The position numbers were made by a program, and so were the translations under genes. Of a DNA stretch of 64,000 bases, positions 54,147-64,000 are shown piece by piece (positions within the stretch are counted from its first letter, which is position 1; every line of letters begins with the position of its first letter). Below the pieces are notes generated by a model. That model made no database searches, was not told the origin of the DNA, and saw only the letters and a program-made list of their open reading frames with translations. Location: contig OY762007.1 of NCBI GenBank assembly GCA_963665115.1, forward strand, positions 5,440,001-5,504,000. The letters run 5' to 3'. This DNA is from an uncultured Rivularia sp. (GTDB taxonomy: Bacteria > Cyanobacteriota > Cyanobacteriia > Cyanobacteriales > Nostocaceae).

Positions 54147-57100
54147 ATGAATAACGAACAGATGAATCAAGACAAAAACATAGCATTTTCAGATACTTTT
54201 TTAGGACAAAAGTGGTTAGTTGAAGAAAGAGACGCTTGCGGGGTAGGTTTCATTGCCCATCGCCAACAGCATGAAAGTCATGAAATTTTGGCGAAAGGAT
54301 TAGTTGCGTTAACCTGTTTGGAACATAGGGGTGGTTGCAGCGCCGATCGAGATTCTGGTGATGGTGCGGGAATATTAAGCGCGATTCCCTGGGAATTGTT
54401 GCAGGGAGATTGGAATGAAAGGGGAAAGGGGACAGCAACCGATAAAAATATCGCTGTAGGGATGTTGTTCTTGCCCCGTGACGAACAAGCTGCTCATACT
54501 GCTCGGGGTATTGTCGAACAGATTGCACTTTCTGAGAATTTGCAGGTGTTAGGATGGCGCGTAGTTCCGGTTGATTCGAGTGTGTTAGGAGTACAAGCCA
54601 AAGAAAATCAGCCGCAAATTGAGCAGATTTTTCTGAAATCAGAAGATGTCACCGGGGATGAGCTAGAAAGAAAGCTTTATATTACGCGCCGTAGAGTTCA
54701 TAAAGCTATTTGCTCTCAACACAGCGAGTGGATGGAAGAGTTTTATGTTTGCTCGCTATCGAGTCGGACGATTATATACAAGGGTATGGTACGTTCGGCG
54801 GTTTTAGGAGATTTTTATCACGATTTAAAGAATCCTGCCTATAAGAGTAGTTTTGTTGTTTACCATCGTCGTTTTAGTACGAATACATTGCCTAAATGGC
54901 CCTTAGCTCAACCGATGCGGCTTTTAGGTCACAATGGAGAAATTAATACTCTGTTAGGTAATATCAACTGGATGAAAGCCAGACAGGCAAGTTTGAGCCA
55001 TCCAGTTTGGAAAGAGCGGTTGGAAGAATTAAAGCCGTTTGTCAGTATGGGAAACAGCGATTCTGCAACCTTAGATAACGTCTTTGAGTTACAGGTGCGT
55101 TCCGGGCGCAGTCCATTGGAAGCTTTGATGATAATGGTTCCGGAAGCTTATGGAGATCAACCTGCTTTAAGTAATTATCCGGAGATTGTAGACTTTTATG
55201 AATACTACAGCGGATTACAAGAAGCTTGGGATGGTCCGGCGCTTTTGGTATTTAGTGATGGTAAGACAGTTGGTGCAGCTTTAGACCGCAACGGCTTAAG
55301 ACCGGCGCGTTACTGTATTACCAATGACGACTACATTGTGGTTGCTTCAGAAGCTGGTGTAGTTGATTTTCCAGAAGAAAATATTATTGAGAAAGGTCGT
55401 TTGGGTCCCGGACAGGCGATCGCCGTGGATTTGCAAAACCATGAAATTCTCAAAAATTGGCAAATCAAGCAGCGGGTTGCGAAAAGTCATCCTTATGGGG
55501 AATGGTTGCGACAGCATCGGAAATCAATTAACAATGAACAATTAACAATTAACAACGGTAATGGTGCGAATGGGAATGGTGTTAATGGTAATGGACATTC
55601 AGCAACTAACAACCATCAACTAACAACCAACAACTCACAACCAACAACTAACCCAATAGATAGAAAAGCTTTACTGCGGAATCAAATGGCTTTTGGCTAT
55701 ACCACAGAAGATGTGGAAATGATCCTTCAGCCAATGGCGATTGATGCTAAAGAGCCGACTTTTTGTATGGGTGATGATATCCCTCTAGCGGTACTTTCAG
55801 GAAAACCACATTTACTATATGACTATTTCAAACAGCGGTTTGCTCAAGTAACAAATCCACCTATCGATCCTTTACGGGAAAAATTGGTGATGTCGTTAAA
55901 GGTGGAATTAGGCGCAAGAGGTAATTTACTCGATCCTAAACCCGAATATGCTCGCCGGTTTAAGTTGGAATCGCCCGTATTAACTGAGGCTCAGTTACAA
56001 GAAATCCAAAAGTCGGATTTCAATACGGTTGAATTATCGACGGTGTTTCCAATTGAGAGCGGAAGGGAAGGATTAAAAGCGGCTGTGGAATCTTTGCAAA
56101 AGCAAGCTGTGGAAGCAGTACGCAATGGTGCAAAGATTTTGGTATTGAGCGATAAAGTTGCTCCGAATTCCCAGGAGTGGGAAGACTATGGAGCGATAAA
56201 CGCAGAAAATACTTATATTCCTCCTTTGTTGGCTGTCGGTGCGGTTCACCACCATTTAATCCACGAAGGATTGCGAATGAATACTTCTTTGGTGATGAAT
56301 ACCGCTCAATGTTGGAGTACTCATCATTTCGCTTGTTTGATTGGTTTCGGTGCGGCTGCAATTTGTCCTTACATGGCTTTGGAAACTTTGCGTAACTGGT
56401 GGTTCGATCCTAAAACACAGCAGTTTATGGAGCGCGGTAAAATTGAGAAAGTCAGTTTGGAGCAATCATTAGCTAATTACACCAAAGCTGTAGAAAACGG
56501 TTTGCTGAAAATCCTTTCTAAAATGGGAATTTCGCTGTTAACAAGTTACCAAGGAGCGCAAATTTTTGAAGCTATTGGTATTGGTAGAGATTTATTAGAT
56601 TTAGGATTTTACGGTACTACTTCCCGGATTGGTGGAATTAATCTTAGCGAATTGCAATCAGAAGTTTTATCTATCCACTGCAAAGCCTTCCCCGAATTAA
56701 GCGGTAAAAAATTAGAAAATTTAGGTTTCGTCCAGTATCGTCGCGGTGGCGAATACCATATGAACAGCCCGGAAATAGCGAAAGCGCTGCACCAGGCTGT
56801 AGAAAGTAAAAATCACGACCACTACGAAGTTTACCAGAAGCATTTGCAAGGTAGACCGATTACCGCACTACGCGATTTGCTCGACTTCCAAAGCGATAGA
56901 GAGGCGATTTCGATTGAAGAAGTAGAGCCTGTCAGCGAAATAGCTAAGCGCTTCTGTACTGGGGGAATGTCACTAGGAGCATTGTCACGGGAAGCACACG
57001 AAACATTGGCGATCGCCATGAATCGGCTTGGCGGTAAGTCGAATTCTGGGGAAGGTGGTGAAGATCCGGTGCGTTTCAAAACTTTAAATGATGTTAATGA

Positions 57101-58892
57101 AACGGGTAATTCGGCAACTTTACCTCATCTAAATGGTTTGCGTAACGGCGATACTGCTTCGAGTGCTATCAAGCAAGTTGCGTCTGGACGCTTCGGTGTA
57201 ACTCCACAGTACCTGATGAGCGCCAAACAAATTGAAATCAAGATGGCTCAAGGTGCGAAACCCGGAGAAGGGGGACAGTTACCAGGTAGAAAAGTTAGTG
57301 AATATATTGCTGGTTTAAGACGTTCCAAACCTGGAGTAACTTTAATTTCTCCACCACCGCACCACGACATCTATTCGATTGAAGACTTAGCGCAGTTAAT
57401 TTTTGATTTACATCAAATTAATCCCAAAGCTCAAGTTTCGGTGAAACTGGTATCAGAAATCGGTATCGGAACCATTGCTGCGGGTGTAGCCAAAGCTAAT
57501 GCCGATATTATCCAAATTTCCGGTCATGATGGCGGTACGGGTGCATCACCTCTAAGTTCTATTAAACACGCCGGTTCTCCCTGGGAACTTGGTTTAAGTG
57601 AAGTACATCGAGTTTTGATGGAAAATAGCCTGCGCGACAGAGTAATTTTGCGCGTAGACGGCGGTTTAAAGAGCGGTTGGGACATTTTGATGGGAGCAAT
57701 GATGGGAGCCGAAGAATTTGGTTTTGGTTCCATTGCCATGATTGCCGAAGGTTGTATTATGGCGCGGATATGTCATACAAATAACTGTCCTGTAGGTGTT
57801 GCTTCGCAGAAGGAAGAATTGCGAAAACGCTTCCCCGGCACTCCCGAAAAAGTTGTTAATTTCTTCTACTTTATTGCTGAAGAAGTACGCAGTCTGTTAG
57901 CAAGATTTGGTTATCGAAGCCTATCAGAAGTAATCGGACGTGCTGACTTGATGAAAATGCGTGAAGGTGTGGAATTAACTAAGACACGAGCATTAAATCT
58001 TGACTGCTTGTTGAAATTACCCGATACCAAAGAAAATCGTAGCTGGCTGCAACACGAAATAGTTCACAGTAATGGTGCGGTACTCGATGATGATTTATTA
58101 GCGGATGCTGAAATTCAAAAAGCTATTAACGAGCATTCTTTGATAAATAAGACAGTTAATGGGGTTAACACGGATAGAACCATAGGTTCGCGGATTTCTG
58201 GGGTAATTGCATCTAAATACGGCGACACTGGTTTCCAAGGTCAAATTAACCTTAACTTTAAAGGAAGCGTCGGACAAAGCTTTGGTGCTTTTCTCCTCAA
58301 CGGAATGAAGCTGACATTGATGGGAGAAGCCAACGATTACGTCGGTAAAGGAATGAATGGTGGCGAAATTATTATTAAACCATCCAGTATGGCAACCTAC
58401 GAACCATCAGAAAACACCATAATCGGTAATACCTGCCTTTACGGTGCAACTGGGGGAATGTTATTTGCTACAGGTAAAGCTGGCGAACGTTTTGGGGTGC
58501 GTAACTCTAAAGGTACGGCAGTAATTGAAGGAGCCGGGGATCATTGTTGCGAATACATGACTGGCGGTGTAATTGTAGTCTTAGGTCAAGTTGGGCGTAA
58601 CGTTGGTGCTGGAATGACTGGTGGATTGGGATATTTTCTAGATGAAGATGGTAATTTCCCCGAACTAATTAATCCGGAAATCGTGAATATCCAACGAGTT
58701 GTAACGGATGGAGGAGAAAAGCAACTTAAAGATTTGATCGCCGCTCATTTTGAACGTACCGAATCGGCTAAAGCGAAAATGATTCTAGATAACTGGCAAG
58801 AATTTCTACCAAAATTCTGGCAAGTGGTACCGCCTTCTGAAGCTGATTCTGCTCAAGCCAATTCTGAAGAAAAGCAGTTGAGTAAGGTTTGA
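54147..58892 (+). CDS. glsF: Ferredoxin-dependent glutamate synthase (large-subunit family)
   Basis: [10 protein letters not shown]-terminal nucleophile Cys, [17 protein letters not shown] and [13 protein letters not shown]. No gltD lies adjacent. Confidence 0.92.
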   Translation: MNNEQMNQDKNIAFSDTFLGQKWLVEERDACGVGFIAHRQQHESHEILAKGLVALTCLEHRGGCSADRDSGDGAGILSAIPWELLQGDWNERGKGTATDKNIAVGMLFLPRDEQAAHTARGIVEQIALSENLQVLGWRVVPVDSSVLGVQAKENQPQIEQIFLKSEDVTGDELERKLYITRRRVHKAICSQHSEWMEEFYVCSLSSRTIIYKGMVRSAVLGDFYHDLKNPAYKSSFVVYHRRFSTNTLPKWPLAQPMRLLGHNGEINTLLGNINWMKARQASLSHPVWKERLEELKPFVSMGNSDSATLDNVFELQVRSGRSPLEALMIMVPEAYGDQPALSNYPEIVDFYEYYSGLQEAWDGPALLVFSDGKTVGAALDRNGLRPARYCITNDDYIVVASEAGVVDFPEENIIEKGRLGPGQAIAVDLQNHEILKNWQIKQRVAKSHPYGEWLRQHRKSINNEQLTINNGNGANGNGVNGNGHSATNNHQLTTNNSQPTTNPIDRKALLRNQMAFGYTTEDVEMILQPMAIDAKEPTFCMGDDIPLAVLSGKPHLLYDYFKQRFAQVTNPPIDPLREKLVMSLKVELGARGNLLDPKPEYARRFKLESPVLTEAQLQEIQKSDFNTVELSTVFPIESGREGLKAAVESLQKQAVEAVRNGAKILVLSDKVAPNSQEWEDYGAINAENTYIPPLLAVGAVHHHLIHEGLRMNTSLVMNTAQCWSTHHFACLIGFGAAAICPYMALETLRNWWFDPKTQQFMERGKIEKVSLEQSLANYTKAVENGLLKILSKMGISLLTSYQGAQIFEAIGIGRDLLDLGFYGTTSRIGGINLSELQSEVLSIHCKAFPELSGKKLENLGFVQYRRGGEYHMNSPEIAKALHQAVESKNHDHYEVYQKHLQGRPITALRDLLDFQSDREAISIEEVEPVSEIAKRFCTGGMSLGALSREAHETLAIAMNRLGGKSNSGEGGEDPVRFKTLNDVNETGNSATLPHLNGLRNGDTASSAIKQVASGRFGVTPQYLMSAKQIEIKMAQGAKPGEGGQLPGRKVSEYIAGLRRSKPGVTLISPPPHHDIYSIEDLAQLIFDLHQINPKAQVSVKLVSEIGIGTIAAGVAKANADIIQISGHDGGTGASPLSSIKHAGSPWELGLSEVHRVLMENSLRDRVILRVDGGLKSGWDILMGAMMGAEEFGFGSIAMIAEGCIMARICHTNNCPVGVASQKEELRKRFPGTPEKVVNFFYFIAEEVRSLLARFGYRSLSEVIGRADLMKMREGVELTKTRALNLDCLLKLPDTKENRSWLQHEIVHSNGAVLDDDLLADAEIQKAINEHSLINKTVNGVNTDRTIGSRISGVIASKYGDTGFQGQINLNFKGSVGQSFGAFLLNGMKLTLMGEANDYVGKGMNGGEIIIKPSSMATYEPSENTIIGNTCLYGATGGMLFATGKAGERFGVRNSKGTAVIEGAGDHCCEYMTGGVIVVLGQVGRNVGAGMTGGLGYFLDEDGNFPELINPEIVNIQRVVTDGGEKQLKDLIAAHFERTESAKAKMILDNWQEFLPKFWQVVPPSEADSAQANSEEKQLSKV

Positions 58893-58896
58893 TTGC

Positions 58897-58937
58897 TAGT
58901 GGTTAGTTGTTAGTTGTTAGTTGTTAGTTGTTAGTTG
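58897..58937. repeat. STRR (TTAGTTG)n
   Basis: Tandem heptamers after the glsF stop. An opposed tract lies near 59198-59226. Confidence 0.75.
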
Positions 58938-58968
58938 TCTGTCTCATTAATTTTGCTTTTGTTAATGG

Positions 58969-59020
58969 AGTGCGAGCATCTTGCTCGCTGGTCGTAGCTA
59001 GCGAGCAAGATGCTCGCACT
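58969..59020. repeat. Palindromic small dispersed repeat (21-bp stem)
   Basis: AGTGCGAGCATCTTGCTCGCT-10nt-AGCGAGCAAGATGCTCGCACT, the same family as 654-703. Confidence 0.85.
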
Positions 59021-59083
59021 ACGCAAACCCGTCAGAATTAATGTGGTTGACTACTAGTAGTTTGTTTGATTAATTTAAAATTA

Positions 59084-59118
59084 ATAAGGGTACGGCGAAT
59101 ATTGCCGTACCCTTTATT
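59084..59118. terminator. Bidirectional terminator-like palindrome
   Basis: AATAAGGGTACGGCGAATATTGCCGTACCCTTTATT between convergent genes. Confidence 0.6.
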
Positions 59119-59223
59119 TATTAGCCATGAACACTTAATTATGTATGTGAAAATCAATTAATAGGGATTCTAACTTAGGCATTGATCGGAGGTTAATAGC
59201 AACTAACCACTAACAACTAACAA

Positions 59224-60177
59224 CTACTTCTTATTTTGCGCCGTTACCGTCGTCTTTTTCTGCTTCTCTTCATGTTCGAGCAATTCTGGAATAGTTACAA
59301 AACGATAACCTTTCTTTTTCAACTTGCTTATCATTGTTGGTAAAGCAGCAACGGTGTTTTTGCGAGGGCCACCACCATCATGCAACAGCACAATACCACC
59401 GGGGCTTGCTTGTCTTACAACTCGGTTTACCAAAACAGGAGGTGAAGGAAGTGCATAATCAATGGAATCAGCAGACCACATGATTACGGTATAATCTTTA
59501 CTTTTTGCATAGTCTGCTAAACCATTATGCAACATTCCACCGGGAGGGCGAAATAAAGTAGTTTTGGTTCCCGTAGTTTTATAAATTAAGTCTGAAGTAC
59601 GGTCAATTTCTAAAGCTGCGGCTTTTTTATTGAAAAAATGGTACCAATGATTCCAAGTGTGATTGCCGATAATATGCCCTTCAGCTACTATTCGCTTTCC
59701 TAAATCGGGATAGTTATTCAGTACTTGTCCGACAACAAAAAACGTCGCCTTAATCTTATTTTTTTTCAGTATTTCCAATATCTGGGCAGTATATCCCGGC
59801 CAAGGGCCATCATCAAAGGTTAGAGCAATTAATTTATCGTTTGCACCAAGTTTTGCTTGCTTTAATGTTTTGCCACGAAAGCTTTTTGGCACTGTATGGA
59901 AGACACCTTTAGATATTGCTTCCTGTTCCCAGGAAGCAAGCATGGCACCTTTAAAATCTTTAATGCTAGATAGCGAAACAGATGTAGCTTTAATATCTTC
60001 GCTTTTTACTTGCTGCCTACTAGTTGCATTGGTAGCATCCCGATTAATAGGCAACAAAAATCCAAGCGCAAAACTACCACATAAGGCGGTAAGGGCGATT
60101 AATATTCCTTGAGGTAAACCTAACGACTTCTTATTTTCCACTACACACGGCTCCTTCATGACCAAACCGTCATTCAC
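59224..60177 (-). CDS. Membrane-anchored polysaccharide deacetylase (NodB/CE4)
   Basis: TFDDGP, GNHTWNH, FRPPGG and IVLLHDGG motifs plus an N-terminal TM segment. Confidence 0.92.
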   Translation of the reverse strand: MNDGLVMKEPCVVENKKSLGLPQGILIALTALCGSFALGFLLPINRDATNATSRQQVKSEDIKATSVSLSSIKDFKGAMLASWEQEAISKGVFHTVPKSFRGKTLKQAKLGANDKLIALTFDDGPWPGYTAQILEILKKNKIKATFFVVGQVLNNYPDLGKRIVAEGHIIGNHTWNHWYHFFNKKAAALEIDRTSDLIYKTTGTKTTLFRPPGGMLHNGLADYAKSKDYTVIMWSADSIDYALPSPPVLVNRVVRQASPGGIVLLHDGGGPRKNTVAALPTMISKLKKKGYRFVTIPELLEHEEKQKKTTVTAQNKK

Positions 60178-61060
60178 GGATATGACGGTAAGTTATAACA
60201 CAATTCCTCTATTTCCTTGCTACCCGATTAATCTCTAATAATCCTGAAAAATTAAACTTATTGTTAACAAAAGTTCGCCTTTAGAGGCAGACGGATTTTG
60301 CTAACTCATGTCTAAATTTAAGATTTAATTAACGAAAATTTTCTACAGCTAACAATAAGCAGATACACTATACATTGAGTATAAGTTTCACCATTCGTCT
60401 GATTCATTTTACCTTTCAGGAATAATTTGTCCATTAAACAAAAGGTCAAACTTTTTACCAGATAATGCTCACTTCGTAAACTCAGCATTCCCACAAGACG
60501 TTTAGCGAGATAATTTGGTTTCACATAGCTAGAAGATATGCGATTAGTCCAATATAGATGCTTGCAAAGTCATTTATGCTTAAAGTTTTTATTATTTGCA
60601 GCAATTATATAAAATACATAAGTATTATTTGTTTATACTTTCAACCGATAGATTATCTACTGGTATCGAAAGATAAGAAGTAATTATTTGATACATTTAC
60701 AAATAGTAATATAAAGTCATAGTTGTAACATATAAATAATGACAAATACCTGTGTCAATGCAGACAGTAAAAACACTGAAATTATCAATATAGAAAGATA
60801 TCTCTATAGAATTGCGTTTTTATATAAGCTCATTTAAGCATTTTAAAGTCAGTATTCTTGTAATGCAAAGTACATATAAGATTTTATTTCTCAAAAGAAT
60901 TTAATGCGATCGCGCATTGTGGCGGTATCAGTATTATTGATAGATATATAACTTCTAATAACAGGATTATATTAATGTTGTTAATTTAATGTCTGTTAGC
61001 GCAGCTCGATCTTCAGGTTATGGTTTATTAACAAGCTATATCCGTATGTTTAGTAACCTG

Positions 61061-61171
61061 CTAGTACCGCTGCGCGGAAGTAAAAAGTCAAAAGTAAGAA
61101 GTAAAAAGTATTATGTGATAAGGCTTTCAAACTTTTTAAATGGGTGCTTTATTTACGCCGTACTGTACTAG
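61061..61171. mobile_element. CTAG-ended MITE-like element with internal STRR
   Basis: Imperfect TIRs CTAGTACCGCTGCGCGGAAGTAAA ... TTTACGCCGTACTGTACTAG enclose (AAAAGTA/AAAAGTC) heptamers. Confidence 0.55.
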
Positions 61172-61248
61172 ATAGAAACACTGCGGAAAGTATACAACAA
61201 AACATCGCTTTTGATAAGCAAGTTAAATATTTATTTATAGTTAGACTT

Positions 61249-62526
61249 TTACGCAACCCACTGATTTTGGGCAAACTGTACAGCCAAACTAGCTAGTATA
61301 ACTGCGAAAAATCCCAAAATGGCATATCCCCAGTTGCGATCGCGATTTAAAAATAATCCCAGCGCAAAGGACAAAGAAACAATACCGTAAGCGTAGCGCT
61401 CCACAGAAGCCGTAAGTCCGGTATTAAGTATTAAAGCGTATGAAAAGAAACCGTAAACAGCAGCAGTTAAAGGAATTTTGGCTCGCGAATGCCATAACAA
61501 ATAAAGTCCACCAAAGATGATGACTATTTTAACTAAAGGAATTTTTCCAAATGGATTTCCTGCTGTTGCCCATAACGGTTCACCTATACCCAACCATAAC
61601 AATAACCATGAAAAATAAAATAGACCGCGCAACTTCAGATCGACTAATTGTTGACGAAAGCGCCATAGTAAAAAACCAATGACAATAATTAATCCAAATA
61701 ATAACGGAGAACCTAGAACAATTTGCGTTAGCATATTCCACCAACCTTGCCAAGCAAATCCTGTGGAATCTCGCCAACCTTTTTGAACGTGGACAAATGC
61801 TAAAGCGTCGCCAAATTTAATTAGACAATACAAACTAAATAGAATTGCACCAATACCAACAGCCAAACTAGAAAGATAAGCTTTTACCCCCCTACGTTGT
61901 TTCCAGGCAACAAATAAAAAAGCTGGAATCAACATAACTCCAGTGATTCTGGTTGCTGTAGATAAAATTCCCCAAATCGCTGCCCATAAATGCTGTTTTT
62001 TCTCAAAAGCACGTAAAGCAGCAGTACTAAATAATAAGAATAATCCTTCAGTATAAATAACGCTTCCGTAAAGAGAATAAGGACACCAAGCTAAAGCAGC
62101 AGTACACCAGCGAGCAGCACTACTACCATGACTTTCTTTTACCCAATAATATAAAACAATTAAAGCACCTAAAAACGCGGCATTATTTATTAAGCTGGCT
62201 GCCATTTGAAAAGGCAAGCCGAAGTACATAATTGTACGAGTTAAGAAAGGTAAAAGTGGAAAAAAAGCTACAGAATATTGTTTGCCATCATTAATAAATT
62301 CGTAACCAACAACTACAATTCGGTGATACCAGATGCTATCCCATGCGTAGAAAACATCCCAGCCAAAAGTAGGAGCTGGAGCATTTTCGGCAATAGGAAG
62401 TGAAGGAGCAATTAACAACATTGCCACAATTATTACTATTCTGCTCAACAGCCACATTGCTGTAGCAAAAAAGAAACCATGATCTAAAATATTTTTAGAT
62501 TGAGCCATTCGATTTTGGATTTGCAA
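61249..62526 (-). CDS. GT-C membrane glycosyltransferase (PIG-V/mannosyltransferase-like)
   Basis: WDSIWY..I...GY, AFFPLLP, YTEGLFL and ATRITG motifs; multi-TM protein. Confidence 0.82.
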   Translation of the reverse strand: MQIQNRMAQSKNILDHGFFFATAMWLLSRIVIIVAMLLIAPSLPIAENAPAPTFGWDVFYAWDSIWYHRIVVVGYEFINDGKQYSVAFFPLLPFLTRTIMYFGLPFQMAASLINNAAFLGALIVLYYWVKESHGSSAARWCTAALAWCPYSLYGSVIYTEGLFLLFSTAALRAFEKKQHLWAAIWGILSTATRITGVMLIPAFLFVAWKQRRGVKAYLSSLAVGIGAILFSLYCLIKFGDALAFVHVQKGWRDSTGFAWQGWWNMLTQIVLGSPLLFGLIIVIGFLLWRFRQQLVDLKLRGLFYFSWLLLWLGIGEPLWATAGNPFGKIPLVKIVIIFGGLYLLWHSRAKIPLTAAVYGFFSYALILNTGLTASVERYAYGIVSLSFALGLFLNRDRNWGYAILGFFAVILASLAVQFAQNQWVA

Positions 62527-62733
62527 TTTAGGGTTTTAAATAAAGATTTATTTGATTACAGTATTTTAAATTATCACCTGCTTAAAATCTAGGAGCTTGC
62601 GGAGGTTTCACTAAATTTATGGCTCTGTTTTATTCAATTTACTATTTAATTTATAAAATTTGCGAAGCTAGCATTTTTAATTTTCTTCTTATTCTCTACT
62701 CGCTACTCTCTACTCCCTACTCACTAATTTTTC

Positions 62734-63103
62734 TTACTTCTGCCAAACAACCAAAATAACTCCACAAACAATCAAACTTAAACCAGCAAGACGCATCAAA
62801 GGAATAGATTCTTTAAAAACGAAGTAGCCTAGCAATACTGAAAAAACGTAAACCAAAGAAGCCGATGGCCCCAGCAACACTTAAATTGACTCTAGTTAAT
62901 AGAAGAATATAAACAACAGCACCCACACCATAACAAGCCAAACCCATTAATAGTTCCGGAGTAGTAATAATTCCTAAAACTTGTTGTAGAGCATTTGTTG
63001 CATCAACTCTCCCTAACTTTCCCGCACCTATTTTTAAAAATAATTGTCCCGTTACGCTTGCAGAAACCGACAAAAGCAGCAAACAAAATTCTTGCCAAGA
63101 CAT
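62734..63103 (-). CDS. Small EamA/SMR-type (ArnE/ArnF-like) membrane transporter (one-base frameshift)
   Basis: Reads MSWQEF...GQLFLK.G... from ATG 63103. Removing one base at 62869-62872 gives LSVAGPSASLVYVFSVLLGYFVFKESI...GVILVVWQK*. Confidence 0.8.
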
Positions 63104-63137
63104 ATAAATTTTGGATTTTATATTTGAGATAAATATT

Positions 63138-63277
63138 GGGGTTGGGGCATAGGGCATAGGGCATAGGGCATTAGGCATGGGGAACAGTAAACAGTTATCA
63201 ATTATCATATTACTAACTATTTCTGATTCCAATCCCCAATTACCAATTACCAATTACCAATTACCAATTACCAATTC
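63138..63277. repeat. STRR tracts (GGGCATA)n and (CCAATTA)n
   Basis: Tandem heptamers between the GT2 and transporter genes. Confidence 0.85.
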
Positions 63278-64000
63278 CTAACTCTTAACTTTCTTCCTAT
63301 TCGTAACTCCTCTCATTTCTTTTACAGTGTAAATTGGTCGTCCTTTAACTTCTTCGTAAATACGACCAATATATTCGCCTAAAATACCTATACAAAATAG
63401 CTGCACCGAACCTAAGAAAAACAGTGCAATTGTAATTAAGGTGTAGCCAATTAAAGGAGAAGCAGGGTCAAATAAACGCCAATATAAAACCAAAAATATC
63501 ATTAACAAAGCTGCTACTGCTGAAAGCATTCCTAAATAAGTAGCCAGTTTTAGAGGAACTCTTGAAAAGGAAATAATTCCATTAATAGCTAATGCCCAAG
63601 ATTTAGCAAAAGAATACTTTACTTTACCAGCGAAACGCGGATCTCTTTCAAATGGGATTGCTGTTTGCCGAAAACCAACCCAAGCTCGCAAACCGCGTAT
63701 ATAACGATTGCGTTCGGGCATGGCATTTAAAATATCAACTATCTCCCTATCCATCAAGCAGAAATCACCAGTATCTGGAGGTATATTTACATCAGCTAAA
63801 CGCCTTAAAATGCGATAAAAAGCATAGGCTGTAAATCGTTTTAATGCACTTTCTTTTTTACGAGAAAGACGTTGGGCATAAACTACTTGATAGCCTTGTC
63901 GCCATTTTTCAATCATTGGCAAAACTAGTTCTGGCGGATCTTGTAAATCGGCATCCATTACAATTACAGCTTCACCTTTAACATTATTTAAACCAGCAGT
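63278..64000 (-). CDS. GT2 polyprenol-phosphate glycosyltransferase (GtrB/ArnC-like), 5'-truncated by window edge
   Basis: [29 protein letters not shown], two C-terminal TMs and [15 protein letters not shown]. Confidence 0.9.
   Translation of the reverse strand, partial: TAGLNNVKGEAVIVMDADLQDPPELVLPMIEKWRQGYQVVYAQRLSRKKESALKRFTAYAFYRILRRLADVNIPPDTGDFCLMDREIVDILNAMPERNRYIRGLRAWVGFRQTAIPFERDPRFAGKVKYSFAKSWALAINGIISFSRVPLKLATYLGMLSAVAALLMIFLVLYWRLFDPASPLIGYTLITIALFFLGSVQLFCIGILGEYIGRIYEEVKGRPIYTVKEMRGVTNRKKVKS

Noticed and set aside
60318..61171. Short ORFs of 68 aa and 60 aa in the AT-rich spacer
   Set aside because: They have no motifs, and the second runs through the MITE-like repeat.
63104..63253. 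N-terminal extension MVIGNWGL...PMPNALCPMPYAP of the EamA ORF
   Set aside because: It is translated STRR sequence. The real start is ATG 63103.

Overview
This window is core chromosome from an AT-rich filamentous cyanobacterium. The basis is abundant HIP1 GCGATCGC octamers, heptameric STRR arrays typical of heterocyst-forming Nostocales, OCP-paralog genes and Fd-GOGAT; the taxon is inferred. It carries about 45 mostly housekeeping genes: queG, an HCP+CTDH carotenoid-protein pair, a RsbU/RsbW-like partner-switching module with a NarL regulator, ftsE, an RND efflux pair, radical SAM-rne-rnhB, pheA, the rpsL-rpsG-fusA-tuf-rpsJ operon, glsF and a GT2/flippase/GT-C glycosylation trio. I found no tRNA, rRNA, CRISPR array or transposase. 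Nine genes are split at short homopolymers, which are most likely sequencing errors; six of these lie at GGCC/GGNCC motifs. The most unusual signals are non-coding. They are a 639-nt, densely base-paired rpsL-rpsG spacer, a ~790-nt structured rne leader, ftsE enclosed by a perfect 51-bp inverted repeat with opposed STRR arms, and several families of tiny TIR-bounded elements, including a four-level nested insertion. All family calls come from motif recognition by eye; no database searches were run.
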